From Eledone cirrhosa (Eukaryota): a stretch of DNA of 64,000 bases. Numbering within the stretch: the stretch's first letter is position 1; each line of letters starts with the position of its first letter. The translations under genes were made by a program, and so were the position numbers. The stretch lies in contig OZ024740.1 of NCBI GenBank assembly GCA_964016885.1, forward strand, positions 232,438,001-232,502,000, in the 5' to 3' direction. Under the pieces are notes generated by a model, which was not told where the DNA came from, searched no databases, and was given only the letters and a program-made list of their open reading frames with translations. Positions 42,801 to 56,802 of this stretch are shown here, piece after piece.

Positions 42801-45715
42801 AGGCTTTGCGCACCGGGAAAGACGCGTTCAGCTTCCAGTAACCAGGCCCTTGTCTATGAAGTCTGTCTATGTCGATCTCACATATCAAAAATTTTTGGTC
42901 TGTGTAGTCGACTATTTTAAATTGTGGACAACTTATACTAGCCTTATCTAGTTCTCTGCAGAATACCCTATCGAGATACGATCTGGATGACCCGATGCGG
43001 ATTGTCCATGTCCACATTGGCACATTCGAGTGATCCAGTCGATACCTGTCAGACAATTCAGAACGTCTGAGCATGTTGGTGAGGCTCTTGCACCCTCCTC
43101 CTCTATCCACTAGCCCCACACGATCCCAGCGTGCATCCAATATACCGTTCCAGTCGCCCACTAACACTAAAGAGCGTCTCTAGACGTCTGAAGAAATCTG
43201 GCCGTCCTGCCCCTGTTGGGGCGTAGACGGCTACTAGCCTGAAAGCATTGCTTTCGCTGCCGGTCACGTCCAGGACCACCGACTTACCTTCTGGGTCTAG
43301 GAAGATGGCCCGTATCGCGAGATCCAAGCCTCTCCGAAAAGGGACGGCTGGGCGATGCGTATACATGCGTATACATCGTACAGATCGGTGCGAAGGCATG
43401 TGCTTCGGAGATTCTGGTTTCACTGATGGACACCACATCTATGTTTAGTGACCTGAGGTCGTTGAGCAGGTGACCCTGCTTCCAAGATGACCCCAGGCCA
43501 CGTGAATTTATACTGCCTATTCTGAGTACGGCCATGTTGGATGAGAAACGGGGCAATTGAGAAAGGGTCACTTACCTTGTTCGTGTGGTGAAGGGACAGT
43601 AGAACCGTCCCTTTCGCTGGTCATGGGTGTTTCCAAGCGGATGTCAGTGTATATCCTCTTGGCAACCGACCCTCTGAAGTCTCCAACTGCGTTGGGGAAT
43701 TTTTGTTTTTAAGGTTTGTACTGTTTTATTGAGATTTCGATGATGCTTATGTTTGTCGGGAGAGTTCTTGGTGTTTGTGGGGTGTAGTAGTTTGTATCTG
43801 TGATGTCTGTGTGCTGCTTTATATATTGTATGAGTTCTTTTTTTGCCATGTTTATGGCTGTGTACTTTTTGGGGGGTGGGGTGATTTTGTTGTGTGTGTC
43901 TTGTTGTGTTTGCGTTGTTGGTATTTTTGGTGATGCTGGTGGTGGTGTGGTTGTTGTTGTCAGTGGTGCTTGTGGTGGTGATGGTGGTGGTGTTGCTGCA
44001 AGTTTCCTTGCTTCCTTTACCCCTCTTTATATCCCTTCGCTTTTGGAGGGTGAATCTAAGGTTTTTTTTGTTTTTTGTTTTTTTGTGGCAGACCGTTTGC
44101 CACTTCACTCCCGCCTCAAACTCCATGTCGGATTCTGTGGCGTATGGGAGGGGTATGTGCTCCACGGTGTTGGTGGTGGTAGTGGAGCCCTCTTCGGCAA
44201 TTTTGTTGCTGGTGTAGTTACTTCAAATGTAGCTATTGGTGTTGCCGCCACTGATAATGCTGCTATAGTTGTCCGTGGCCTTGGTACGGGTGCTACGGAC
44301 GTTGCCCTCCTACTCACCGTGGAAGGGGCTTCTTCGTTTGTTGCCTGCCCTGCTCTTGGTAGCAGCGGATCAGGTATTGGAAGGAGAGGGGCCTTCTTCG
44401 TTGTCTTCTGCGGGCAAAAGGCCCTGTAGTGACCCTTCGACCCACAGAGATAACATTTTGGCCGTCTTCCTTCTACGCTTATAGGGAGTTGGAGTCCTTC
44501 CTCGTGTCTATGATATCGGGGATAACGTCGATACATTCTTGGTCAGTTTGTATAAGCATTTGCATGCCTATACCTGACCAGTTCTCTCTCCCTATTTTTT
44601 CTACTTGCAGCATGGTCGTCCTGTTCTCGATTCCAGCAAGGACAGACGCGGCCAGACAAGGTATGGGAACGTCGAGTGGGACCTGGGTCACTTTGACCCT
44701 CACAATTTTCTGCCCGCAGTTGGAGGGCACCAAGACTATCTCCTCACTCTTTAAGGTTTCCAAAGAGTGAGACTTTGCTTCCTGGGGGGGTGGCGAAAAG
44801 TACGTCTACTGTGGCGTACTTTCTGCCTCGGGTGATGTGGGTTTTGCGTGCCCAGACGCACCCCAAGGCCTTTTGGATTTGAGCCTCCGTGTCTCTCTCC
44901 ACTCGATGTGAGATTTTGCTTACGGTGCCGTAAGTCACCGTCCGTAGCTGCTGGTCCTTGAAAAAATCGAGTGGAGGTTTCAGGGAAACTCTATTTGCGC
45001 TTCTTGTCACCATGGCCCTTGCGACTGCCATCTCCTCCTCTGTGACTAACAGTCTCGATATTTCGGGCGACACCTGCAAAAGAAGTGGTCCATTTTTCAG
45101 CAGCACCACTATTGCTGCCGCTACTGGTCTTACAGGTGGTGCTGAGGTCGCTGTTACAGGTATCGGTGTCATTGTTGTTGTTTTCGTTGGTACAGTTGTT
45201 GGTGTTGTTGTTGTTGTTTTCGTTAATACTGTTGCTGTTGTTACTGTTATTGTGGCTGTTGTTATTATTGTTGTTTTTGTTGATACTGTTCCTACTATTA
45301 TTGTTGTTGTGGCTGTTGTTATTGTCATTGTTGTTGTCGTTCTCGACCTTACCGCTGTTATTTTTGTTATTGTCGTTCTCGACCTTACCGCTGTTATTAT
45401 TGTTATTGTCGTTCTCGACTTTACCGCTGTTATTTTCGTTGTTGCTGTTGTTATTGATGGTGTTGTTGTTGGTGTTGTTGTTGGTGTTATTGTTGGTGTT
45501 GTTTGTGTTAGAAATATTTGTTAATTTTAAATCTGTAACAATCTTCTTTTCCTTTGTAATATTTTCGTTTATATTTACCTCCGCTGGAACGTTGTCTTGT
45601 TGACATGCTGATAAAGTCTCCCTCTCTCTGTGTTGATAATAGAAGGGAAGTCGACGCACGTGGTGGATAGAATGTTATGAAATCGCTCCCGTAAGTTTTT
45701 GATTTTTAACAATTG
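39811..45715 (-). mobile_element. Near full-length Tx1/L1-clade LINE (copy B), frameshifted
   Basis: ORF1 with a low-complexity N-terminus and CYLCGSKGHYRAFC. ORF2 (about 43536-40168): SINSRGL, VGDWN, SYLDR, GPGYWKLN, DQSKAFDRV, QGCPLS, AYADD. (ATT)n tail at 39811-39860. Confidence 0.95.
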
Positions 45716-45940
45716 TTTTAAATATGTTAAAAATCAAAAACTTACGGGAGCGATTTCATAACATTCTATCCACCACGTGCGTCGACTTCCCTTCTATTAT
45801 CAACACAGAGAGAGGGAGACTTTACTCAGCATGTCAACAAGACAACGTTCCAGCGGAGGTAAATTATAACGAAAATATTTACAAGGAAAAGAAGATTGTT
45901 ACAGATTTAAAATCTACACAATATTTCACCAACACCACAA
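45500..45940. repeat. Palindrome with arms of about 215 bp at the Tx1 copy B 5' end
   Basis: 45500-45711 mirrored by 45725-45940 with a ~13-nt spacer; nearly identical near the centre. Confidence 0.93.
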
Positions 45941-46589
45941 ACTAGATACACCACCTATCCCATCACCCTCTGTACACTAAATACAACAACCAGATAATGG
46001 CAATTTTACCACCACTACCACCAATCCCAGCATAATAATAATAATTACTATTATTGTATCTCAAGTTTTCTCAAACTGTTTAATTCAAATATTAAGGAAT
46101 ATGTCAACACATATATTAAACATACGCGACAAACTGCATAGATACACAGATCAAACAAACGCATACTACTACAGTCTATTCAACAAAACTCAGGAACGAC
46201 AACGCCATCACTATAGTCACCGCCGCCACCACTCCATCATTGCTACCACTATCTCATCACCGCCGCCACCACTCCTTCATTGCTACCACCACTATTCCCC
46301 CACTACCTTCTGTTAACTTAAGAAATGGGAATGTTGCGGTATCACTAGACAAGGGAGAGGCTAGCAAAAGATATAAATAGAGTGACTTAGTGACCCGGTC
46401 AAACGTCAAAGACTGAGGCACTGCTGGCTCTCCCCTTCCCCACCAACAATAGAAAAAGCCCCAGCACCACCACCGACATAGCCAACAACAATAACAGGCA
46501 ACTTCAACAAAAAGTATATTATATTATTAATAATAATTTCATTCTTAAGCCACGCAATACTCACATTAAGGAACCACTCATGATAATAA

Positions 46590-49500
46590 CAATTTAAAAA
46601 AAAACAACATAAAAGAAAACCCCGTGACCAAGAAATACCGGGATGGCGGCCGGCGGGGAATAGCCGTGTCTCTAGGGAAGGACGACCCCTCTAGTCTTGG
46701 TTGACACTCGTCGTAGAAGTGGTAACACGAAATGATTACCCCTTGGCGGTTAAGGATAAAACGCGACAAAATAAAGTAAATGTCAAATGATAAAATCTCA
46801 TACCGGATCGGACGTCACCTGGGTCAAAAAGGGCCGCGTCCCTCAGAGAGGAACCAGACTGGGGTCGAAAAATCAGCTAATGGTTCAAACCTTTCCATCA
46901 CTTCGGAGCTGGAGCCCTCCCATAACCGGAATACTCCTACTGTTGGCCCTCCATGCTCACCACCAAGAAATCGAAAGAAAAAGAAAGAAAAATGGTAAAG
47001 GGAAGACAATAAAGAAGTTCTTGAGGCTTTCCACACTGCCATGTACTACCCGAAAACAGAGGCTATATTGACAGTAAGAAACTAGCCAATATACGAAGAA
47101 ATATTGTTAAAAAAAGTTACTAACTGATATAGAAATTGATCAGATCAAGCTATTAGCACAAAGTCAGCAAAGGGAAAATGAAACATGTGTCAGTGAAAAC
47201 GAGGTAAATTGTAACACTTCGAATCCCAGGGTTGGGGCGGAATCACTGACAACAGAACAAATTAAAGAAAGGATCGAAAAAGTGGAGGGAGTGCATGCTC
47301 ATGAGAAACTCAAAATGAAAACAATGAGATCGTAAATGATAAAGAAATGACTGAGAATGAACTTGCTAACTTGAAGGATGAAATTATGATCGAATGGATG
47401 AAAATGAATGAATCTGACATGGGGGACGAGACACTCTCTCTAAGATCCAGAACTCCAAACAGAACGAAAAGATAATATACAAGACTAACATAATTCTCAA
47501 AAACATTATCATCACAAACAAACTAAACATTACTGATTTAAATCATCTCTATTATGCATCGGCTAAAGTCACCACTCACTTATGTGGAGTGAAAATGAAA
47601 AAAACAAAGGAATTCCCACAAGAAATCTACTTGGCAAGAGAACATCAATCGCCAAATAAACCTTCTCCGATCTGACAGAAATGTTAACAAACTACAATGT
47701 AGGTAAACATGTTAAACAAACTAAACTTAGAAAATTGAAAAGGAAATACAGTATAAAATCAACAAGTGGCATAGACATGCTGATAGAAATAATCAAGCAA
47801 AAAGTGTCGGCCAAAGCTGCTCGTATAAGGCACTATGAAAAACGATCTATAAGGACAATAATATGTTCAAAAACAACCAAAGAAACTTCTAGAGAAAAAT
47901 TGGCAAGTCAACAATAACTGCTAAATCAATACCACCCAAGGAGGAAGTTCAAGAATTCTGGGAAAAGATCTGGGCCGAAGAAAAACTTCATAATATACAT
48001 GCCCTGTGGATAGACAGACAAATGAAAGATACAGCTCACCTTGAGGAACACATATGGGAAAATATAACAGTTGAACAGTTGCGTTTGGCTCTTAGAAAAA
48101 CCAGCAAATGGAAATCCCCAGGAAAACACAAAATACCAAATTTTTGGATAAATGCCTTCACAGAGTCTCATGAGCTGTTAGCCCAACTTTACAATGAAAT
48201 AGTTACGGAGCCAGAAAAGATACCATCATGGCTAGATAACGGCACTACATTCCTGCTTCCGAAGAATGATGAGACAAGCAATCCCCAAAATTACAGACCG
48301 ATAACTTGCTTGACCACAATGTATAAAATGTTAACATCAGTCCTAACTGAATATACATATGACCACTTGATAACAAATGATCTATTTCCCAATGAGCAGA
48401 AAGGGTGTAAACGAGGCTCATATGGCTGTAAGGATCAGCTTTTGGTTAACAAAATTATACTGGAAGATTGTCGTAATAGACACAAAAATCTATCACTTGC
48501 TTGGATAGATTATAAAAAAGCATTCGATAGTTTGCCACACATTGGATTGAAAAATGTTTAGAGATTTTCAAAATATCTCCCGTTGACAGGAGGTTCCTGT
48601 CATTTAGTATGAAGACATGGAAAACGACACTCCTTTTGAAAAGTGAAAAAAAATCACTGGAAGCTGGAGAAGTTAATATTAATTGTGGAATTTTTCAGGG
48701 TGACTCTTTATCACCGCTTTTATTCTGCATCGCGCTTATACCATTAAATAAAATGCTCAATGAAACAAAACATGGATATAAAGTCTATGACAAAACCATT
48801 AATCACTTGTTCTACATGGATGACCTGAAACTATTTGCAAAAAATGATGAACAATTGCAAGGGCTATTATCCACTGTGGAGCAGTTCAGTGATGACATTA
48901 AAATGGAGTTTGGACTAGATAAATGCGCCAAAGCAACGTTCACCAGAGGAAAGCTGCTGAAGAGTTCAGACATTAATCTTGATCGGCGGAATGTGATAAC
49001 AGAACTTGATCAAGAGGAAACTTACAAATATCCAGGTGTTTGTGAAGGAGACGGAATCAAGCACTCGACAATGAGGGAAAGGAAAAGGAAGGAATGTTAC
49101 CGCAGAGTAAGAGCAATCTTAAGAACGGAATTGAATGCAAGGAATAGGATCGATGCCATAAACACGCTTGCCATACAAGTAGTAACCTAAAGTTACAATG
49201 TCATCAACTGATCAATCACAGAGATCAGTAGGCTCGATACAAAAATTAGAAAATTCTTAACCATGCACAGAATGCATCACCCTAAGGCAGATACAGATAG
49301 AATATATCTCCCTAGGAAAGAAGGAGGACGTGGGTTAATCCAGTAGGATATTGCGTTGAAAACTGCAACAATTGGATTATGTACATATCTAAGGGAATCA
49401 CATGATTGGATGATCAAACTCGTTATGAAACACGAAAGCATCAAAAGATCCATTACAAAAGATGCACAAATATACAGTAATGGACTACAAATTTCAGAAG

Positions 49501-50500
49501 TTCCATTTACTGCTGAAATGAAAAACACAGAAAAAGCAAAGCAGGTAAAAGTAACTGCAAAGAAAGAACTGCTACAGAAACTGGCTAAGAAATGGCAAGA
49601 AAAGCCTCTGTATGGAAAATACCCAGAAAGAGCTAACAATCCTGATGTTGACAACATTTAACCCATCAGTGGTTGGCATCCTCTGGACTGAAATCGGAGA
49701 CTGAAGAACTGATTATATCAGCACAAGATCAGTATCTGCCAACAGAAAATTACCAAGCCAACATAATAAAAAATGGATGCAACCCATTATGCCGTGTATG
49801 TCATAGACCATTGATCCTATAATTTCAATGTGCAGTCCTATAGCTCCAACCGAATACCTAAACAGGCATGACAGAGCTGCACAATACATACATTGGATAA
49901 TGTGTAAGCATTTTGACCTGTCCCATCAAAAGAATTGGTGGGAGGATCACCCACCGCCCATACTTGAAATAGATCACATCTCAATCTTGTGGAACTTTAG
50001 CATCCAAACAGACCGAAAAATAGATGCAAATAGACCTGATATAATATTGAAGGACTTCAAAAAAAGGGTACGCCTGCTAATTGATATGCCCGTTCCAATA
50101 GACAAGAATGTATCTATAAAAGCATTTGAAAAATTGAGCAAGTATAAGGACCTGGAGATAGCAATTAGAAAAATGTGGAAATTGAGAACTAAAACAATAC
50201 CAGTGGTTATAGGCGCTCTAGGAATGATACCTAAGGGATCTAATGATTACTTATCGTATAATCCTAGGAAACCCGCGTATAGGAGAAATACAAAAGATAA
50301 GAACTGCCCATATACTAAGGAAGATTCTGTCAATATAAGTACATCACAAGTCAAAACACCTAAAGATGCATGTGTGTGTATGTATGTTCTTTTTTGAACA
50401 TGGCGGAACTTGTCTCTTGAGGTCACTGGTTGTGACTTGGTGATAACTCGTATGAACATATAGCAAGATAAATGCAACTGTAATAATAATAATAATAATA
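46590..50500 (+). mobile_element. R4/Dong-like non-LTR retrotransposon (RT plus restriction-like endonuclease), near full length, decayed
   Basis: WKSPG, NYRPITCL, EQKGC, WIDYKKAFDS, GIFQGDSLSPLLF, HLFYMDDLKL, MEFGLDKC, CRVC, RHD, RPDI, EKLSKYKDL; ends in (TAA)n. Confidence 0.92.
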
Positions 50501-51742
50501 ATAATAATGATTTTTTTTTTATTGGCCACAAGGGCTGACATCAAGAAAAACATTACAGACGGCACAGGACGGTACGATGTGGGTTTTGCGCGTGTAAAAT
50601 GTTTATTATTTATATAAGAAAAGAAAAAAAGACATAGAAACATATATATAAACAATAAAAATGAAAATTGAAACAATGAAAAATTCCCCAATAGGGGGGA
50701 AACCTCCGAGGGTTACTCGTGGCGAAAACCACACAAAATACCACGGCCACCCTGACCACCAGAGCAAGCGCCCTCTCTCAATTTTTCCATCTCTCAAACT
50801 ACAGGCGTATATTCAGAGCGGTCCCGTTCACTCGGACCATTCTCGCTATATTCACCCACCTTTCAACAAACTTGCTAGAAGGCAGCACTTCCCTCTCCAC
50901 TCTGATTTTCCTCTTCAAGTGAAACTTGAAAAAGTTAATTAGAGATTCGCCGAAGAGGAAAGTGTCTGTCTTTAACCCTTTCAGCCTTGTCCACCACACA
51001 ATCTCTCTCGCCATGGCCACCAGGCAGATGAAAACCACCTGCGCTTCCTCCTCGAAGGAAGACGGCGAGACCATCAGTCGATAACCGGATCAGTCATATC
51101 GGATTCCGTGGCGTCTGGGATGGGTATGTGCTCCACGTCTGTTGGGGGTTTTAGTGGAGCCCTCTCCAGCAATTTTGTTGCTGGTGCAGCTACTGCAAAT
51201 GTAGCTATTGGAGTTGCCGCCACTGATGCTGCTGCTTTAGTTGTCCGTGGCCTTGGTACGGGTGCCACGGACGTTGCCCTCCTACTCACCGTGGAAGGGG
51301 CTTCTGCGTTTGTTTCCTGTCCTGCTCTTGGTAGCAGCGGACCAGGTATTGACCCTTTGACCCACAGAGATAACATTTTGGCCGTCTTCCTTCTACGCTT
51401 ACAGCGAGTTGGAGTCCTTCCTCGGGGTCTATGATATCGGGGATAACGTCGATACATTCCTGGTCAGTTTGTATAAGCATTTGCATGCCTATACCTGACC
51501 AGTTCTCTCTCCCTATTTGTTCTACTTGCAACATGGTCGTCCTGTTCTCGATTCCAGCAAGGACAGACGGGGCCAGCCAAGGTATGGGCACATCGGTTGG
51601 GACCTGGGTCACTTTGACCCTCACAATTTTCTGCCCGCAGTAGGAGGGCACCAAGACTATCTCCTCACTCTTTAGGGTTTCCAAAGAGTAAGACTTTGCT
51701 TCTTGGTGGCGAAAAGTACGTATACTGTGGCGTACTTTCTGC
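50482..51742 (-). mobile_element. Internally deleted Tx1 derivative (copy C, same family as B)
   Basis: ORF1 part (51095-51742) joined directly to the ORF2 C-terminus and 3' UTR; AAT repeats on both flanks. Confidence 0.92.
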
Positions 51743-51758
51743 TAATAATAATTAATAA

Positions 51759-51904
51759 TAAGTTGACGGAACTAGCTCAGGTATCACTGCTAGGACCGAT
51801 TACATCTCAGCGTACTCAATAGGTAATGTTAAACAAACTCCCAGAGTATACACATCTATTCGCTTCAATACAACACACACAAACACACACAAACACACAC
51901 ACAA

Positions 51905-51936
<32 letters not shown>

Positions 51937-52191
51937 CCGCTGATGAAGCCGCATAAGCCGATTGTGCATTGCTGCATAATATATGCAGACAGATGGTGCA
52001 GTGCACCTTACTGCTGCATTACTGCTGCAGAAACTCGAGTCCGGGAACCTTATAGGCACCCGTTTTTACGTGTGTTGTGTTGAGGCAAATAACTATGTGT
52101 ATACTCTGGTAATGTTTCTTACATTGCCCATTGAGTGCCCTGAGATACAACCGGTACTGGCATTGAATAATATGCTGGGTCCGTCAACCCT

Positions 52192-52197
<6 letters not shown>
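51759..52197. mobile_element. Hammerhead-bearing non-coding element with an inverted partial copy
   Basis: 51759-51880 is inversely similar to 52070-52197. Hammerhead at 51936-52045 (+). Family member at 59123-59400 (-). Confidence 0.8.
51936..52045 (+). ncRNA. Type I hammerhead with an extended 83-nt stem II domain
   Basis: UCCG-CUGAUGA-[83 nt]-GAAAC-UCGA-GUC-CGGG. Confidence 0.7.
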
Positions 52198-52257
<60 letters not shown>

Positions 52258-52503
52258 AGGAGGTGAGTTTTATTGTAGTACAATAAAGCAATGCAGATAT
52301 CGGATAAGAAGCACTCTACAGTTTGTAGGACTGGAGTATACATAATATATAAGAACAAAAGATGGTTAAAAGAGTTCCATGTATTTTATTATGCGCATTT
52401 CAAAAACAAATATCATCATGCAATAATATTTGTGTTTTCATCAGATAAAATAGGAAGGTTAAAAAATATGTAGGTTAAAAAACACTTGTGAATAGTACAG
52501 TTT

Positions 52504-52683
<180 letters not shown>

Positions 52684-53039
52684 CTTTTCTGCGTTTTGAT
52701 ATCATTGGTTTTCAGAAGACGTATGTAGTAGCTTTGGAGAAGCCGATATGCTTGGTCGGGAAATTAACACTTCGGAGATGCTATCTTGTCAATAATCAGG
52801 TCTTAAAAGTGCGATGAAACTTTTGAAACTTCATAACAGATACTTCCATTAAGAAATAGGTGAGACCGCTTTGTTTTATTTTTGATCTTTAATGGTTAAA
52901 ATGATTCTTCCACTAGGTAATAGTTTCAGCTTTAACATGCAGGCTCATATCAGTCACCCCAAATAAAAACGACTAGGAATTTCAGTCACATGCACATAGA
53001 TGTAACTAAGTATACACACACAAACACACACACATACTC

Positions 53040-53093
<54 letters not shown>

Positions 53094-53113
53094 AAATGTA
53101 TATATATATATAC

Positions 53114-53182
<69 letters not shown>

Positions 53183-53204
53183 CGTGTGTGTGTGTGTGTG
53201 TATG

Positions 53205-53262
<58 letters not shown>

Positions 53263-53314
53263 CGGAAATAATGAAACGAAATTTCATTTCTCACTCTTAG
53301 TACGGCTGTTACTT

Positions 53315-53702
53315 AAATATAAGTATGTATACGTACATACATATATGTATACAGACGTACAGTAGTATGTATATATATATATATACATACATGCACACAT
53401 ATATATATATATGTACGTATGGATTCACCGAACATTTATTATAATGCTTGCTGACGATAGCTAATAAGCTTGAAATTAGTACAGCGTTCCTTTGTCATTG
53501 TTGAACAAAAGAGCAACGATGGTTGCTAGACACTGTACGGCTTAATTCGGGATGTTTGGTTTACAAACACACCGAGCATTATAATAAATGTTTGGTAAAT
53601 CCATACGCACATATATATATGTGTGGATGTATGTATATATATATATATATATACTACTGTACGTCTGTATACATATATGTATGTACGTATACATACTTAT
53701 AT
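53315..53702. mobile_element. Inverted repeats of about 130 bp around a hammerhead motif (53446-53485, +)
   Basis: 53315-53447 mirrors 53576-53702; core UUG-CUGACGA-U-AGCU/AAUA/AGCU-U-GAAA-UUAG-UA-CAG. Confidence 0.7.
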
Positions 53703-53909
53703 ATATATCTATCTATATATATATATTTATATTTATATATACATTTATATACATGCATATTGCACACATACATATACACATACACACACACGCGCACACA
53801 CTCACGTATATAAGTGTGTGTGTGTGTGTGCGGGTGAGTGTAAACACATATACATACATATAAGCACCTATTTATTGTCTCCATAAGCACACGCATTAAG
53901 GATACTCAA

Positions 53910-54083
<174 letters not shown>

Positions 54084-54610
54084 ACACCACGCAAACACAG
54101 TGACTTCAGCGACATATATGTAACTAGAAATTAAGTCGTCAATCTCTTCACTGATACTGGAGTACAAGTATTCATTACATATAGAATAAGTTCATTTCCG
54201 CCGCGTTGTTATCTATTTTTGTGTCAGCAATGTAATAGTCTACACGTCACTTTATTATCTCCCTTTCATTTCCTTCTCGCAGTTTGTTGGAAATTACTTT
54301 ATGAACGACTGTATTAATTCCACTGCAATCTAGTTTGGTGTCATTGGTCAGTTTTATCTGATTCCCACCCACAATTGTTTGTCATATGTGTACACAAGCA
54401 AACATACTCTTACACACATATATACACACATATATACACACATATATACATACATGTATATATACATATACATATATATCACAAACACACATATATATAT
54501 GTGTGTGTGTGTGCGTATGTGTGTGCATAGGGTTAGTGCATACAAAAATGTATACACCATTCTAATAAATATTGCCTGTACAAGTAATGTATACATGTTT
54601 TCGGGACACC

Positions 54611-54668
<58 letters not shown>

Positions 54669-54984
54669 AAGTAGGGATCATCCGGTTTTTTTAAACATTG
54701 TATATTCTAAAAACGACTGTTCTCCAGTTTAATCATTTTTATTATGGAATATTTTTATTACTTTATTAGTTCTTTAAACTTAGTTCGCAACGTTTCGTTC
54801 CTAAATTTACGTGTTTACTATTAGTTCTTAGCCATCACGGGTCTATCTTCAGAATAACAATGGTCATATATGTGGTGTATATCATGAGCTTTACTTTTAT
54901 GGCTTAGATGCAATTCTTATTGTTCCTAGAATTGGAATTGATGAGTTAATACCTGTATACAACAACTACAACGGTACGCGGTGG

Positions 54985-55362
54985 GGCCCACCCACAGCCC
55001 CGGGGGACAGAATGGAGAAGGCATTTCCCTAGAGGACGGCAAGGGAGACGCGCTGGAAAATTCACCCCAACTCGTGGGGCTCACACCTGCGGATGGCCAG
55101 CTCAGCGCTTATGGTGGTGAGTAAGGAGGTAGCCCTGGGGCCGAGGACACCAGAAGTCTCCACTGCCAGGTTACGACCGCAAACCTGTCGGAGAGCGACC
55201 GGTAATTGAGGAGTTTGGCCCTCTCAGCCCGACGTGCAGCAGAACCTGTGTCAGTCGCAGACTGCACCAGGTTGCGGCTGCAGAATGTGTCGGTGCAAGT
55301 GGCATCCCAGACGAGAGGTTTGCCACCGCGGAACGGGAAGATGGTCATGTCATCTGGCCTTA
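54985..55362 (-). mobile_element. CRE-clade non-LTR fragment (restriction-like endonuclease C-terminus)
   Basis: RPDDMTIFPFRGGKPLVWDATCTDTF...AARRAERAK...Y, then FQRVSLAVL*GNAFSILS. Confidence 0.85.
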
Positions 55363-56379
55363 TTGATCACGTACTTAGCAGTGACCGTAAAGTATCAAAG
55401 GAATGCTAGAGGATCATACAATGCGTGTTTATGAGTCTCTGTATATTTCGTTACCTTTCTTCGGCATCAGTGGATATTAGTGGATTTTTTGTGAGAGTAT
55501 AATTTGAGGCACGATATGACTGATGTAGTCTCTCTGATATTAAAGATTGACTTGCATAATTGATAGCTGATAACCTCATGCAAAACGTGTGTAGTGAGGG
55601 AAATGTATAGGTAGAAAATTCTATGGACAAAGGACTATGTTTAGGGGTTAATGCAGATCATCGGTAGTGTCTGACTGGATATGATAACATTCCAGCCTGC
55701 CCCGAGGAAGAGGGTACATTGTAACAGCGATAAAACAAAATGCAATCAGCAGTGAGAATGTTAAATTATATTGGTGAGTGATTCCATATCAATCTGTTGC
55801 GTGTCCTTCTTTTGTGGGTGGTTTAGGATGTATGTAAGTTTAACTGCAGCACCCAACCATAGATGTAGAAGAGTAGTCTATTTTGAGTTGTATTTTGAGC
55901 TTTGAATAGAGTGACACATTCTTGTGAAATGTAGTATGTTCTAGATTTGTATTGGAAGGTCTGTTTTGCAATATTTTATTTGCTAAGCTAAAGATGTCAT
56001 TCGGTCAATAGAAATCCCCAGTGACAGTAAGAAATGACACTTCTAGTAGCCTATTGCGTCATGCTCATATTTAGGGCGAGGGGCGAATTTTATTTTATTT
56101 CATTTTTTTTTTTTTTGTGTGCATTAATTGTGTCTTTGTGCCGCCGAAGAAGCTAATATTTGTAGGACACCATTCAGTTTCGTAGTCTCTGTTATGGTGT
56201 ACTTGTAGCGTCCTGAAGTGTCTAGGTAACAAGTAAAGAAAAATGTGATTTTTTTTTTTGCGTGAGAGTGGACGTTATCGGATGTCAAGCAAGAAGATTA
56301 TTGATATAAAAGAGCAAGAGGGTAGGGGAACAAAGAGAACATAGACACATTCAAGATTTGAAAGAATGTATGTCAAAGA

Positions 56380-56545
56380 CCGGTGAACTGACAGAGTCTT
56401 TAGAACGTTGGATAGAATGTTTTATGTATTCGTTCCAGCTCTCAGCTCTCTGAGGTCAAATCCCGTCGAGATCAACTTTGCATTTCATCTTTTCGAGGTC
56501 GATAAAAAAAAGTACCAGTCTAGTTCTGGGGTCGATTCAACCTCT
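56380..56545 (+). mobile_element. Diverged SINE copy
   Basis: GGTCAAATCCCGTCGAG...TTTCATCTTTTCGAGGTCGATAAA...GTACCAG. Confidence 0.75.
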
Positions 56546-56802
56546 CTCTGGAAGAAACTTGCTGTACTCAGGCTTGCATAGGGATGGGCTCCGCCAGGCT
56601 TTAATAAAGTGCCCAAGAAATGCCGTATGTCAATACGGCGCCCCTACAACTCTATCAAGAGTTATGGGACCATTCCATGTCAAAGAACCCTCCTTCAACA
56701 CACATCACGCAAGTGCAATCTGACAGGAAGTCACTGACGCAGTCGTATTGTTGTGGAATGGTGTTGTAAGTTATGAAGTGGGTTGTGGTGCATTATATTA
56801 GT

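Noticed and set aside
44958-45659. Long Val/Leu-rich or Asn-rich ORFs as host membrane or prion-like proteins
   Set aside because: Alternative frames of the (AAC)n-like low-complexity region in Tx1 ORF1.
54788-54856. Minus-strand hammerhead CUGAAGA...GAAACGUU (similar case at 39463-39520)
   Set aside because: Stems I and II do not pair convincingly; counted only as decayed remnants.
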